Notes: a model not told the origin generated them from the sequence alone. A stretch of 59,816 nucleotides of DNA, filler included, from Sphacelaria rigidula (GCA_964200075.2; 9 parts of 9 records of this genome joined end to end with filler, not necessarily neighbours in it); one strand, 5' to 3'; positions 26,632 to 39,845 are shown, numbered from the whole stretch's first letter. Numbers and translations are program-made.

Positions 26632-27947
26632 TGGTTTGTCGTCTTCTCTCCTTTTTTTTTCCTTTCTTCCATTTCTCCTTCGGGTCCTTCTTTTTTTGTC
26701 TTCCCCCCCCCCCCCCCCCCCCCCGTCACTCCCCCCCAGTCTCGTTATCGTCCCCCGACGGCCACAACCCGATAATGAGTTATTGCAGCCTGAAAATTGC
26801 TAGAAAAAAGGAATGGTGTCGACAGCTTGTGATTGAAAGCAGGGTGGGTTTATCTCAGTTCGCCTCCAAATTATCCATGGTTAGGGCAAATCATCACGAC
26901 TCAAAATCACCAAATGCACGATTTCTTCGGACTGATTGCCTAAAAGGGGGGAAAAAGTTGATCGCTGGCCCAAGGAGTATCCACGCAACATTTGCACCAT
27001 TCCACGTGTCTGGGCTGCGTGTACCTCGGTTGCAACGCTGAAGTAAATCCTAGGGATTGATTCGTCACGAGTCGACTCATCATACCTAAATATAGTCATT
27101 TCCAGACGAATCATTATTTGTCCGACCCTTGAAATTATCCATGGTTGACACATTTTTGAAATAACGCTGGGCGCAACCCCAACCGCAACTCCAACGCAAG
27201 GCATACCGAGAACTCTCAAGCAGAGGAGGGGTGCAAAGGGTGCCCTAGGCAAAGCGTGCATTGGCAGACCTTAAATGGACGCCGCAGGCGCCGATTTGGA
27301 TCAGAACGCGTTGTGGGCACGCTAGGAGCAGCCGGAACTGTCAGCCTCACCCAAAATCTGAATCTTGGTGTCCACATTAAAATTAAGTGACAACAACCAT
27401 GGCTGATGTGGAGGCGAGCTGAAACAAATTCTACTGTTGAATACAGTTCGAGACCCGATTAGTTGGGCGGGTCGATACTTCAGGTACTCTAACGGACTCT
27501 ATACCATAGTTACCCTGGGAGTCCGGGAGGGTCTCGAGTAGAGTATCCCTCCATAAGCATGCGTTTAAAGGGAAGACATTGCTGAGGTTGTGTCTTGTCT
27601 ATACTCGAGAGTCCTCGTGGCAGTGCAAGCAAGGTATTCGTCGTTTTACGAGACTCGAGGCTGACGTCGCTTCCTTCAAGTGTACTGTACGGTATCACGG
27701 GCTACACGCTGCTTCATGGGTATATTCTCATTTAAACACTACGTAGTACGAGCATCCCATTTGCGCGGAGTTCGGGTTCTCCCACCCCGCACAGTATGAT
27801 GTAACGCGACCACTATTGCACGAGAAAAACGCAAGCGAGGAAAAAAGCGGTCACCTGATTGCCTGGCGTACGCAGTGAGTGGCGTATGTGCGCAGCGTCG
27901 GTGCCAACCGACCTCAACCCTCAAAAAGGGTGGCGGGGAGGGGAGGG

Positions 27948-27995
27948 CGTACTCATTTGCTGCTTGCCTTGGTCATTTAGTCATTGACCACGCAT
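27948..27995 (-). mobile_element. Short family A retroposon end between G-rich flanks
   Basis: GGCGGGGAGGGGAGGG|CGTACTCATTTGCTGCTTGCC...GACCACGCAT, followed shortly by CGGGGGAGTGGGGAG. Confidence 0.65.
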
Positions 27996-28509
27996 ATGAC
28001 TCGGGGGAGTGGGGAGTTCGCCTTCGAAGACTTGAAAAAACAGGCGTTGGTTCGCACTGGACCATTTTGGCCGGCGATCATAGCAAAGAAACTTCTCGCT
28101 TTGACCTCGAGGGAGGATGACTGATGTGAGCACTTGTAGACAGCCTAAAATGTAATTTCTTCATTTCGGAACAATTGTATAATTGTCTTCTATGTCGGTT
28201 GCGTGGCCACCATCTCCTGAGCGTTTGGGCCACCAAGTGTGACTATGAGAGAAGACAACGAGACGAGGCATGTTGCGGGGTGAGAGTTGAGAGATGTAAA
28301 TATGCGAAGTGCCGGTTTTGGGGTACCGGCATGTTTTCCTTTTCAAATGCAGGTGGTGTTGGTGCAGCGATGCCTCCGACCCTCTAGCCGCGTGGAAGAC
28401 GAGGAGCATACATCGGAGGAGATCAAGCAGTTGGTCGCACGCATCCAGGGGTGAGGGTGATGACTACACACCATTTTTGTTTTTAGTTTCATGTACATGT
28501 CGATCGATG

Positions 28510-28690
28510 TCATTCATTCATTGTCGCACTTTAACTGACCCCCCAGGGGTTCAGCCTTGGTCTCATGATAGACGTACCCAACAAAAACAAGACTGAAAAA
28601 CTCGCTGAAGCAAAGGAGGAACGGAAGAAGAAAAAAGTCGAACAGAACGACATAGTAGACTCAGACGTAACAAAAAAATAAAAATAGTTA
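28510..28690 (-). mobile_element. LINE/SINE 3' end with (AATG)n tail (family C)
   Basis: Reverse-complement homologue of 29830-30024, ending GGTCAGTTAAAGTGCGAC-AATGAATG. Confidence 0.7.
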
Positions 28691-29398
28691 ACAAAAGCAA
28701 AGCACAGAAATAAATGGCCTAGCACTGAGGAACAGACGTTGAGCACGACATTTGCCGTACCTTACATGTCACGTCATGTTCCGTGATGAAAATAGAATAA
28801 GAAATGCGCGTCTTTTTCTGTGGTGTGCTATTGGCTGTAGGCAGTCATGTTCCGTTGCTCTAAGTCGAAGAAATTTCATTGCATTTCATCTTGGAGAGTG
28901 TTGATAAGATGATCACTTTGGAGGACAGTTTCGCGTGTATGATCGAATGAAGCTATGAGTGGGGGAGTTCTGATGAAGCGATCGGTTCACCACTCGAAAA
29001 ACAAATGGTGTGAAATTTGCAATTCGACCTTTCAGTTTGGAGCATTTGTTTCAATATTATGATCAACCCTCCAGCTCGGCATCCAGTGATGATTCATCCA
29101 ATTCAGCGGTATATCATGTACACAATTCAATGTAGGTTCTTTTCGTTGTTGTTTGTAGGCATCTGCTTCGGTCAGTCAGCATCTTGTTTTGCAACGTTCA
29201 TTTCAGTTCAGCTGGATTCAGATCGAACGTTCAAAGGTGAAAACATTTGATGGATGAAAATATTTCCTAAGGCAATTCGGAAAACCTAGGTGATCAACGC
29301 AGGCGTCCTCTACAATATTCCATGCTGCCCGAGTACGCTCATGCTTGTGAAGTTGAAGAAACAATGGGCGAACCCGAGAAATGCGTCTGATATGCCAG

Positions 29399-29516
29399 GC
29401 AATTCGGAGAGGGCGTGCTGGACTACACGGAGGTGAACGGCACCGCTCTGGCTATGCAGGAGCGACTAGCACTGTTCAAGTGTTCGCAAGTCCTCGTCCT
29501 CACTGCAGTTCGTGAG
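29399..29516 (+). CDS. TPS: Trehalose-6-phosphate synthase (GT20) internal exon
   Basis: GCCAG acceptor and GAG|GTACGT donor. Encodes QFGEGVLDYTEVNGTALAMQERLALFKCSQVLVLTAVRE, matching the GT20 ER.ALY..ADV.LVT..RD segment. Confidence 0.85.
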
Positions 29517-29829
29517 GTACGTACGGAAAGCTTGAGTCAAATACCCTACGGTGTGCAGTGATGATCGTCGCTGATATCTGTTCACCTCACTTGAAGCGTG
29601 TCCGTACGTGCTACATCGGTTTCTTTTCTATGATTCGTCTTCTTTGGTCGTACTTTTCACCCCCCCCCCCCCTCCCCATAAGGATTAGTGACATGAAGCA
29701 GGGTTCAAATCGCAGTAGAGGAGGGGGGTCGTTGAAGTGATGGTAAAAGCTTTTGCTAGGAGCTATCATATGTGTGTGCAAAATATTGTGAGTCGAAGAT
29801 CAACTATTTTTGCTTGCAGTATTTTGATT

Positions 29830-29981
29830 TTTTTTTTCACGTCTTAGTCCAGTATGTCGTTCTGTTGGACTTTTTTCTTCTCCTTCGTTTTCTTGAACGA
29901 GTGTTTCAGTTTTGGTTTTGTTAGGTACGTACGTCTATCATGCGACCACGGCTTGACCCATGGGTGGTCAGTTAAAGTGCG

Positions 29982-30024
<43 letters not shown>
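29830..30024 (+). mobile_element. LINE/SINE 3' end with (AATC)n tail (family C)
   Basis: ...GGTGGTCAGTTAAAGTGCGAC then about ten AATC units. Related ends lie at ~11352-11416 and ~52020-52058. Confidence 0.7.
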
Positions 30025-30025
<1 letters not shown>

Positions 30026-30751
30026 GTACAGTGGTGTTGAAGTCTGATGAGTGGGTGAAACAAGTACGAGCTGGGCCAGCAGTAAATCCCGCACTTGCAT
30101 GTCACACCATAATCTATCAAGTTTACCAAATCAACGTGACTTGAGCATATCACTGTGAACTGCAGACCAACCTGGTAACGCACGGCACCGCCGCTGAATG
30201 AAGAAAATATAGAGAAATGTACTGCATAATGTATGAGCAATCAATCCGTCGGGATTCGAACTCGTGACCTCCATAACTGGAGTCTCGTCTATCACTTGGA
30301 GTAAAGGGGCGCAGCGGTGTTACACAAAAAGTGCCCGCCTGGGCCGAATTTCGGGAACTTTGGGCCAAAATTGCACCCGGATCTCCTCCACCCAAGTACG
30401 CACAACAACACGAGGGATGCCGACGTATTTTTTATTTTCACGGAGTAATAGCATTTTCCCAGTTTTTTGCAGAAACTTCAAATCGCTCGAACTTTTTGTT
30501 TTTGTTTGTTTTGCAGTGGAATCCCACGTGATGTGTCGTGCGTATCGATGATGAAAATGTGTCAATATTTTAGCGCCCAACTTCTCGAATCACCCTCTGC
30601 CGGGCCCGTAGACATGAAAAAAATCACTGTCAGCTGCCCCAGCTCGAGTAACTGGATATCGGGCTGATGTTACCTTTCCGAGAACTGTTCCGATGTACGT
30701 ACATTGGGACTAATTGTGTAATACGAGTCGAGTTTTGGAACAAGTACTGGC

Positions 30752-30882
30752 AAAAATTCGACTTCACGGTCAACGAGGAAAAGGGATCTGTGTTGGCATT
30801 CCTCCTGTATGACCCCGGCTGATGCGCCCACATATACTGAAAGGTTTACACTGGCGTCCAGAATAAGGGGGATGACACACAC
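30752..30882 (+). mobile_element. Truncated, internally deleted tRNA-derived SINE
   Basis: Shared 3' body and GATGACACACAC tail. Confidence 0.65.
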
Positions 30883-30889
30883 TAAAGGG

Positions 30890-31042
30890 ATATAGTGTGA
30901 AGGTTTTTGCGTGATGTATGGAAGAAACGTAATAAGCGTCCAGATGTAGGAGGTGTCTCTATCAGGAATGAGACGGTACTCAATCTCGCAAGGGATGCAT
31001 GGTCAACAGTCAAACTCCTTAGGCAAGCAACAAACGAATACG
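30890..31042 (+). mobile_element. Family A retroposon 3' fragment
   Basis: Encodes DVWKKRNKRPDVGGVS like the 6750-7160 copy and ends GAATACG-CCTTTCCC. Confidence 0.7.
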
Positions 31043-31915
31043 CCTTTCCCGAAATCCCCGAATTTTTCGCATATTCCATTTTTTTTTTCTCTGAAAAATG
31101 TAAGCAAGATTCCTCGTCCGGGTCGGGCAGCAGATCATCAACTCAAGTCTGACTGCAGAATTCTCTGATAATCTAGCGTCAGATTTCGTTTTCAGCGATT
31201 TGTTTCTTTCGGACAAGTCGGGAGAAAGAATCAATTTTTCCGGGAATGGGAGAAGAAAAACTAGGAAAATGCCCCGTTGAAAAGACCCCTTATTCCCTGT
31301 GTTTTATTTCACCGGTCCGTGAGGCACGTCTCAGCCGTCATTTGTGATTTGCAAGAGGTCTGAAGGGGTCGCCGTTCCCTCGAACCGCATCTCCTCTCTA
31401 GTGTAACCTCCGCATTCCGTATTCCCCTTCCCTTCCTCGGACAAGGTAGTCGGAGAAATCACACGCGGGGACTTTTTAGATTCCAGTAGGCCTCCTGTTG
31501 TTCAATCGGTCTCATATGGATCTTTCGTAGTGTAGGTGCCCTCTTTGGTGTAGATGTGTTGTTTCTTGCCTTCCCCTGCGGGCTTCTTGAGTTATGGGTA
31601 TGGGTGGTAGGCTCCTTGCACTCTGTCACCACGGGTTCGAGAGATCGAGCTAATATGACGGATACAGATATTATTATTAATAATAATAAATTGCCTGGTT
31701 CGAGTCCGTATTCGAGTCTTCGAGGGATCAAATATTACACATCTCTTACTCACCAGGTTTCTGCCTTGTGTCATACTAATTCACTATCGAGCTTTGCATC
31801 AGTCAATGGCGCGGCTCGGACGGGTGGAAAATGACTTGACCGACCCGGAATTATTCGTAGCACTATACGAGTCATCAATTGGTTTCGCTATTTTTTTTTC
31901 ATGTCGAAAATTCAG

Positions 31916-32103
31916 GGGCTGAACTTGATTCCGTTGGAGTATATCTACGCCAGGAGCGAGCCCGAGTCAGCAGGAGTGGTGCTAGCGTCGGAGTTCTCCG
32001 CGTGCTCTTGCTTGCTCAACGGTGCTATCCGAATCAACCCCTTCGATGTTGCCAAGACGGCTGCGGCCATGGACCAGGCGCTCACCATGAGCGACGCCGA
32101 GAG
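31916..32103 (+). CDS. TPS: Trehalose-6-phosphate synthase (GT20) internal exon
   Basis: TTCAG acceptor and AG|GTATAG donor. Encodes GLNLIPLEYIYA...GVVLASEFSACSCLLNGAIRINPFD...AMDQALTMSDAER, the classic TPS/OtsA C-terminal motifs. Confidence 0.93.
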
Positions 32104-33188
32104 GTATAGTACTGGGCGCTTGAACTATTTTTTTTCAGAAGGTTTTTTTCTCGCGACTACTCGATGGAACTCGAAAGGGCCAGCGTCGGTAGATTTTGGT
32201 ACAATAAACAGATCGTCTCCCTCCACCCCCCCCATCCCCAGTGCCCATGTTAGTGTCAATGGTTTCATCGGGCGATACGAGTACATACCCCGTTCATCAG
32301 GAGGGTGTTATTGACCATGAAACACAGTTTTTTGGCTCCAGTGCAATGAATAGGCAGGACTTAAAGAGCAAACCTGTACATTTCTTCACAAATACCATCG
32401 GGATAGTCTCGATCGACCGTAAATACCAAAGAGTCAGAATCTGGGCTGAAACGTGGCTGAACCCCCGACGACCGTTCAGCTCGTAAGTCACTCAATATTG
32501 AGTACAGATTATTTTTCTCCTTGGAATGTGGCGTGGGTACAAGTATGTTCAGATCTCCGATATGATGAGCGGTGGCAAGCGAAAGAGCCTGAGGAAGTCG
32601 CCAATTACGAAAAAATTACAAAATGAATAGTCAAGGCGCCGAGTACTGTAGAGTCATATTCCGACGTACTGTTATGCAGATACGAAACTTCCAGCGAGTA
32701 GCTGCCGGGACCGTATTTGACATGTATTGGGGGATTAACCCCAGCGAACCGATGTCGAAAAAAAGTAAGAAGGGGTTGTGTAGCAACGTTTGAGTAATGA
32801 TTTGGCAGTATGGTCAGAACCTGCTATTGGAGTCGATATCGAGCTAGGTTTCACTCAGTAGGGAGAGCATGAGAGAAACACTTAGGAAGACATATGTAAA
32901 GTGAGGGAGCTTTTTATCGATCAAGAAACCGTTGGAGGAACTAAAAGTTCCGCTGCGTCTCCTGATCGAAATTGATATATTGGTGTGTTCCATAGCCGCA
33001 CCAAGAGTCTCGTAGCCAGGGGGTCCCATATCGGGAAATGGCTGTACCACCGCCCGCCAGGCCGCAAAAAACTCATTTTGGGGTTGAAGAATGGCAGGGG
33101 GAAGGGGGGGGGGGGGGTAACCCTGCTACCCGGGGAATTGGGGGAGATGGTGTTTTGACACGCCCCCACCGTTATTATTTTCACGTTA

Positions 33189-33288
33189 NNNNNNNNNNNN
33201 NNNNNNNNNNNNNNNNNNNNNNNNNNNNNNNNTTAATTAATTAANNNNNNNNNNNNNNNNNNNNNNNNNNNNNNNNNNNNNNNNNNNN
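33189..33288. other. Artificial contig linker
   Basis: N44-TTAATTAATTAA-N44. Confidence 0.99.
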
Positions 33289-33440
33289 CCTTCCACACTT
33301 GCGCTGCGCTTGTATTTGGTTCCAAACGGTTGAGCGTTATCGATCCACAACAAGCTTGTTCGAACAACCGTTGTTGCTTTCAACGACGATCTGACTCGAA
33401 ATTTCGAGTAACAAATGGCTCGAAATACCCCCCCCCCCCC

Positions 33441-36400
33441 TATCGTAGGATGACTCATGAGGACATTATCCTTCGAGCCCTACCTGCCGAGTACGATAGG
33501 GTCCGCATTGCTAGCTGTGAGAGGCACGATTTTAATTTGTCGGACCTCAGATACATGGTCAGCACCATGTATGCTGATACATGGTCAGCACCGTGTATGC
33601 TGATACATGGTCAGCACCGTGTATGCTGACTACCTTTCACGACCGGACCCCACCAACTCGGTCGCAGGCCGCGGGGTTGCTATGCAGGCTAGTGGACGGA
33701 ATGATGGAAGTAAAATAAATCAAGTAACATGCCACCACTGCAGAAAGTAAGGTCATATTAGGAGAAATTGCCCAGCCCGAAGTGCGACCCGAGCACTGAC
33801 AAGGGGAAACGGTCAGGACGGGGGAAACAATGGGAATGTAGGCAAGTGGTGCTCTTTTCACGAGTCAACAACTCACAGCGAAGAAGAGTGCCGTTCGTTA
33901 CAACAGCGCAACCAGCAGACAGCCAATTTCGCACAATGGTCAGGGTGTCCCCCAGCCACCGGTACAAGGGAGCATCCTCCCGCCATCTCCTTAAATGCCC
34001 TGGAGGCGCCCAAAGCGAACCATCCGCAAGCGGACAAACCTTGGCCTTTCTCTCCAACCAACAAACCCGTTGCTTCTTTTGACAGCAGCGGCCCCTTCGG
34101 CGCTTTCGAAGGGGCCGACGGAGAGGAGGCCGGGGGTCCGGGGTTCTGGCGCAGAACTCGCAACCTACTGCGGGAGATCAGGGAGACACTTTCCCCGCTA
34201 GTGCGCGCGCTGACCGTAATAGCCGTAGTCCACTACGTCTGGTTGATGTTCGGAAACTCATTACATCCCCGGGCCACGTCGAACCTCGACGACACCGCTG
34301 AAACATTTGGTGGGATCACCGATGTTGATGATGGGACGGCTCTCGCGGCAGGACCCGCTCTTGACAAGTGGACTGAGGGTAGCAATAGCTATGCCAGTGT
34401 CATGGTAGACAGTGGTGCGTCGGGACATTACTTCGACGACACCCTCATCCCGGGGCTACGGTATAAACTCCACAACTACCAAGAACTGGCGACCCCGCGT
34501 ACGATCACCACCGCAGCGGGGCATCACCTAGCAGGAGTTGGTAAAGGACTGCTCCGCGGCCACATCCAAGACGGCGAAGGGGTCAAACGCCTGGTTCAGA
34601 TTTCGTGTTTGGTCGTGCCTGGCTTGGGGCGGAACTTGTTCTCCGTCAAACAAGCGACACAAGATGGTGTTGTGTCTATTTTCGACATGAACAACCCAAG
34701 ACTGGAAACAAACAACTTGACCGTTCCGCTCCAGGAACTGGAGAGCGACCTGTATTTCTTCTCTCTGGAACTAAGCAACGGCAACGACGCATCTGGACTG
34801 GCTTTGCAAGCTGTAGACGCCGCCATGCTGTGGCATCGGAGGATGGGACACTTGAACAGCAATAGTTTGAATCTTCTCAAAAACGTCGGAAGCAACGGGG
34901 TGGATTTCGGTGGAGCCGTTCTGGACTGCGATATTTGTGCCGTTGGGAGAAGTCATCAACTGGCCCACCCGAAGACAGCCAACAACAAAGTGCAACGCGC
35001 TTTTCAACTATTCATAACAGATTTGATGGGACCGATCATGCCGGAAGTGCTGGGAGGCTTCAAGTACGTCTGCAAGATCTTCGATGAGTATACCAGATGG
35101 ACAGAGATTTACCTTAAAAAAATCAAGGGCGGCAATCTTCATGCATTTCAGTCCTACGTACAGTCAATGGTCATTCCTGGCGGTGTTCGGGTCGAACGAC
35201 TATGGGAAGATGAAGGCGGTGAGTTCATCGGCAAGCACCAATACACACAACAAATCGGCCTGTCAGAACGCGTGGGAAGGACGCTTGCAGCCATGGTCCG
35301 GTGCATGCTTGCTGACAGTGGTTTGCCGACTTTTCTCTGGGGGGAATTAATGTTCACAGCGGCCTATCTTGCAAACAGACCACCGCATTCGGCGCTTGAC
35401 ATGCAGTCGCCTTATGAGATTCCTAAGGGGACAGAACCGGATCTCAAACACCTTGGAGTCGTCGGAGCCAGGGCTTTCGTACATAACGAGCGGCATACTT
35501 CGAAACTTGCTCTCAAAGCAGTTGAAGGACGACTAGTTGGGTACAGCAATGACAGTAAGAGCTACCGAGTCTACAACCCGGCCACGCGACGTATCATCGA
35601 GAGCAGGAACGTCGCCTTCATCGAGACTCCGACACACTTTACCCCGACGGGAGAGCCACAACTTCAGATACACTCATTTTCACTTGGTGACCAGGAATGC
35701 AACAACAGAGAGGGCCACAATTACGTCACCGACGACGACTTCTTCCGTGATCTTCGCGACCACACCTCCGTACTAGCCCAAGCGGTTCACACCTCCGTTG
35801 ATCATATTACTGCCAGCGGGATCTCTAACGATCCACAGGTGACCGAGCTTCTGGAGAGAATCAGCGCCATCACCAAGCGGGACATGCTGCACGACGATGA
35901 CACACCTCGTGAAGAGACGTCGCCAACAGCATCACCGGAGAGCCGTGCGCCGGTGGAATAACCTGCACCCCCTTCTCGGGACGTAGTTAGCCCGTCCACA
36001 TCATCAGTCGAATCACCACTGCTCAACCGCTCTCGACACTCTCGTCATCAAGTAACTCCCGCCGTGACGCGCGCAGGCACTGCAGCGCGCTCCTTCAGGG
36101 AACGCAACACAAACAACGATGGCGCAGCTTCTGCGCACCTTTCAGCCATTGTGGACGACAAAATGCTCTCCGAGCTACGGCGACTGCAAATAAACACCAA
36201 CCCGCTCCTACCAGATGTCGTGCACCAGACGTTTGGGGCGGAATCAGTCGTGGAGTACGCCTACACAACTACCAAGCTCTCGAGCTGTCCAGTGGGGGAG
36301 AAAAGCGAAAGAATCCCAAACACGTTCAATGAGGCCACGAGTCTCCCCGAAAAGGAACAATGGAAGGCGGCATCAGATAAGGAGATGGATTGCCTAAGAA

Positions 36401-37870
36401 GAAATAATGTGTATACTCTAGTGCCGTCAAGCTCCGTCCCAACTGGACACAGCTTAATCGCGTCCCGATGGGTGTACAAGAAGAAAGCGGATTCCTCGCA
36501 CAAGGCCCAAGTCGTCGTGCAGGGTTGGGGACAAGTCCCTGGCGTCGACTGTGGCAGCATTTTCGCACCGGTCTGCAGGATCCAAAGCATCCGCATGGTA
36601 TTAGCTGTAGCGACGGAGTATGTGTTGGAGTTTTGGCAACTGGACTATAACACCGCCTTTCTGAACGACGAACTCAAGGAAGAAGTTTACGTCAAAATGG
36701 CGCCAGGATACGAGGAGTTTGACGCCAATGGAACTCCGATGGTAATGCGGCTCCACAAAAGTCTCTATGGCCTCCGTCAAAGTCCAAACTGCTGGTGGGG
36801 AACGGTCGACACACACCTGGCGGAGATTGGATTCAAGAGCCTTAAGTCGGACCCTTGCGTGTACATATATCAAGAGAGCGGCGACGTCTACATTTTGACT
36901 TTATTCGTCGATGACTTCCTACTGCTTGGGAAATATGTCAAAGTTCTGGGGAGGATCAAGCATAAACTGATGGGACGTTTCTTGATGACAGACATGGCAG
37001 ATGTATCGTTAGTGCTGGGAATGGAGGTTGTTCGTGATCGCGTTAGGAAGACAGTCACTATCAGCCAGAAAAGTTACACCAAGTTCCTCCTGGAACGATA
37101 CGGAATGGCGAATTGCAACCCAGCATACACTCTTGGTGTGGGACAAGAACTGTCACTGGACCAGCCGCGGGAAAAAGCTTTGAACGAGGAGGACGAAAAA
37201 CGTTTCCAGGTCATTACGGGCAGTGTGATGTATCTTGCTCACGTGACACGCTACGACATTGGATACGCCGTGAATCAACTGGCGCGGGCGATGTCCAATC
37301 CGTCGAAGGCGCATATGGAAGCTGCAAAACACTTACTTCGATATTTGGCCGGCACTACAGATCATGTCATAACCTACAACCAGGGCGGTTTCCAATTGAC
37401 GGCGTTCTCAGATGCGAACTGGGGTAACAACCCAGACAAACGGAAATCTACATCATCATATCTTATTTTTCTCTCCAATGGCTCCATCAGTTTTAAGGCA
37501 GGACAACAAGGACTCACCGCACAATCAACAATGGAAGCAAAACTCGTGGCCGCTGCACTCACCATGAAGGAAGGCATATATATTTTGCTCGAATCTGATG
37601 CGGGAGATAGGATTTGGCACACGCTTCGACTCCGTTCCTGTCTACATCGACAACACTTCAACTCTCCATATCGCAGGGAACCGAACTTACAGCTCGAGAG
37701 TCAAGCACGTAGCTCTACGGTACTTCTTCATTCAGCAATTAGTCAAGGAGGGAAGGATCGACGTTCGTTACGTCAAGACCGAAGACCAACTCGCAGACAT
37801 AGGGACCAAGTACCTCAGCGAACACAGGCACCGCCATCTCGTCAAGCTGATCAGCACATTCAAAATATGA
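33441..37870 (+). pseudogene. Copia gag-pol pseudogene
   Basis: Motifs: Zn knuckle CHHCRK*GHIRRNC, protease VDSGASGH, LWHRRMGH/CDIC, integrase TDLMGP, RT LYGLRQSP and FVDD, RNase H FSDANW. Lesions: stops at 33748 and 35959, an apparent deletion in the integrase core, and a frameshift at ~37580. Confidence 0.95.
33550..33627 (+). repeat. 26-bp unit triplicated inside gag (frameshifting)
   Basis: GATACATGGTCAGCACC(A/G)TGTATGCT x3. Confidence 0.95.
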
Positions 37871-38012
37871 GTGCAGCCTGGTCGTAGCTTTGAGTTCTTG
37901 TTTCGTCCTTGAGTGCCGGGACGGTTGTACTGATGTGGGTGTTTGGAACTAGTACGTACTGCATTAAGGGGGAGTGTGAAGGGTTGAGACTTATACCTGC
38001 GTTGAGGGGGAG

Positions 38013-38347
38013 TGTTAGAAAATGAGGGTGTGGAGCCATGCTCTTCAACGCTTCGTATGGTATTGACTTTTTATATATATGTAGTGTTGGGATCGCAGGT
38101 ACCAGTCACGAAGGTTTCGTCTGATGTGGGGGTGTATGGTGTGGGATAGCAGCTGTTATACATGAAGTACTCTTCTCTTTGACCGTGTACCCCAGTGGGT
38201 TGTCTGTATTTGTCTTGCCCAGAAGCGGCACCTTGAACACTATCTTCTGCCTACACTCCAAAGCAGCCTGTCTGCTTACTTGGCTTAGCTGCCATTGCGC
38301 CAACTCTAGCGACTACGACAAAGGGGTTCTGAGTGAATCCTCCAACA
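38013..38347 (+). repeat. Probable 3' LTR
   Basis: TGTTAGA...TCCAACA termini immediately after the polypurine tract GAGGGGGAG. No 5' LTR is available to confirm. Confidence 0.65.
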
Positions 38348-39845
38348 GTGTGCACACCTCCCATGTCAGATATAATTCTTTCAGAGCAGCTCCAGTTCGT
38401 CGTGTTCTGTGTCTCGCAGAACCTATTGGGGTCCTCATTTAGCAACCTGCACGTATTTACCTTCCTCTGGGATCGGACACGCGCAGCTTGCGTGATCCTC
38501 ACCCACATTCGCTCATTGCTGACCAGGGAGTCGGCAATCAGGCCCTGGAGTATGTGGGGACTCTCAAGACTTCCACGTGATGTGGCTTCGACTTACTGCC
38601 ACGGGGCACAGGTTGATGGCTCTGCATCAGCGACAGAGCTTTCCGCCGTCGCCGAGGAACTCTGGTGGGCCTCGGTGAGGACCGAAGCAAATGCTGCAAT
38701 GAACGCGGCATCACCCCAGGCAATAGTGGATGCGGGTCAGATCAGACAAGGCAGCAGCGGGTAGGTAGCTCTGGTAAACGGGCAACTGGACCAGTTGGTC
38801 TTCAGCGTAGCCAGTTGGGTCTCTTCGCCTGAGGAACAGCACGCCATCCTCGCGTTCAGGTCAGCTGGCCACGACGTTCATTTTCCTGGCAAAACTCATA
38901 GCGAAGCTGGGAACGTTCCGGACGGGCTGGACACCGCGTATCAAGAGGTGTTCCGGCATGCCCTGAAGGGGCAATCTTTGTGTCCTTGATCAAAGTTCAG
39001 GACAGACTGGCGAAGAAAAATGCTATTATTGTCTACAGTCTGTTGCAACTCTTAGATGTTCACCCGTGGACAAATAGCAACCTGTGGGGCGCACTGCGCA
39101 GGGCCCATACAGGGTGCTCCACAGTCTTTGTGAAAAACCCTGACAGTGAAAACACAAACCTGTACCTGATTTTGGCGTTTTTGTCGAAACCCTGCAAGCA
39201 AACCTGTGGAGAAGCCCTCCCAATTTTGAAAATTCCGATTTTTTTTTATTTCCAAATTATTTTGGTACAAAATCTGTAAGTTTATTTCGGACAGCAGGAC
39301 AAGTTATTCAAAGCAGATCCTTTTCTCGCCCAATTTATTTGGGCAAAAAAATGATTTATTTCGAACAGCAGAAGAACCTATTCAAAATAGATCCATTTTT
39401 CGCCCATTTCAATTGGGCAAAAAAAGGATTTGTTTTGATTAGCTTTTTCCGCCGCACAAATCCCATGCACATTGGCACATTTTGGATTTGAACAGCAGAA
39501 GAAGCTCGAAATAAATGTTCACTTTGCCCTCCAATTCATCCGGAAACTGGGCAAAAAGAGAGTTATTGCGAACAGCATCAGCTGGGCATATCCCGCATAC
39601 TGCACCGATATCAGCGTATGGGATCCGACACGCAGAAAAAAATGTTGAAAGTAATTAATCATTTTGCTCCCCAGTTCATGTACCAATTGGGCAAAAGGAC
39701 GAATAATTGTCAACAGCTTTTAACAGCAAATTGTGCAAATTGACGTTTAACTCTGAATTGAGGCTCAAGTGGGCAACCCGACTTGCGAACTGTTTGTAGC
39801 AGAAGTACCGAGGACAAACAAGCTCTTATTCGGAAGAAGTAACCT

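Larger units (their letters stand above)
33441..38347 (+). mobile_element. Ty1/copia LTR retrotransposon, 5'-truncated, lightly decayed
   Basis: Domain order gag-PR-IN-RT-RH, followed by a polypurine tract and a 3' LTR. Confidence 0.96.

Noticed and set aside
30043..30070. CTGATGAG...GAAA hammerhead core
   Set aside because: There is no stem II and no stem III/NUH cleavage site.
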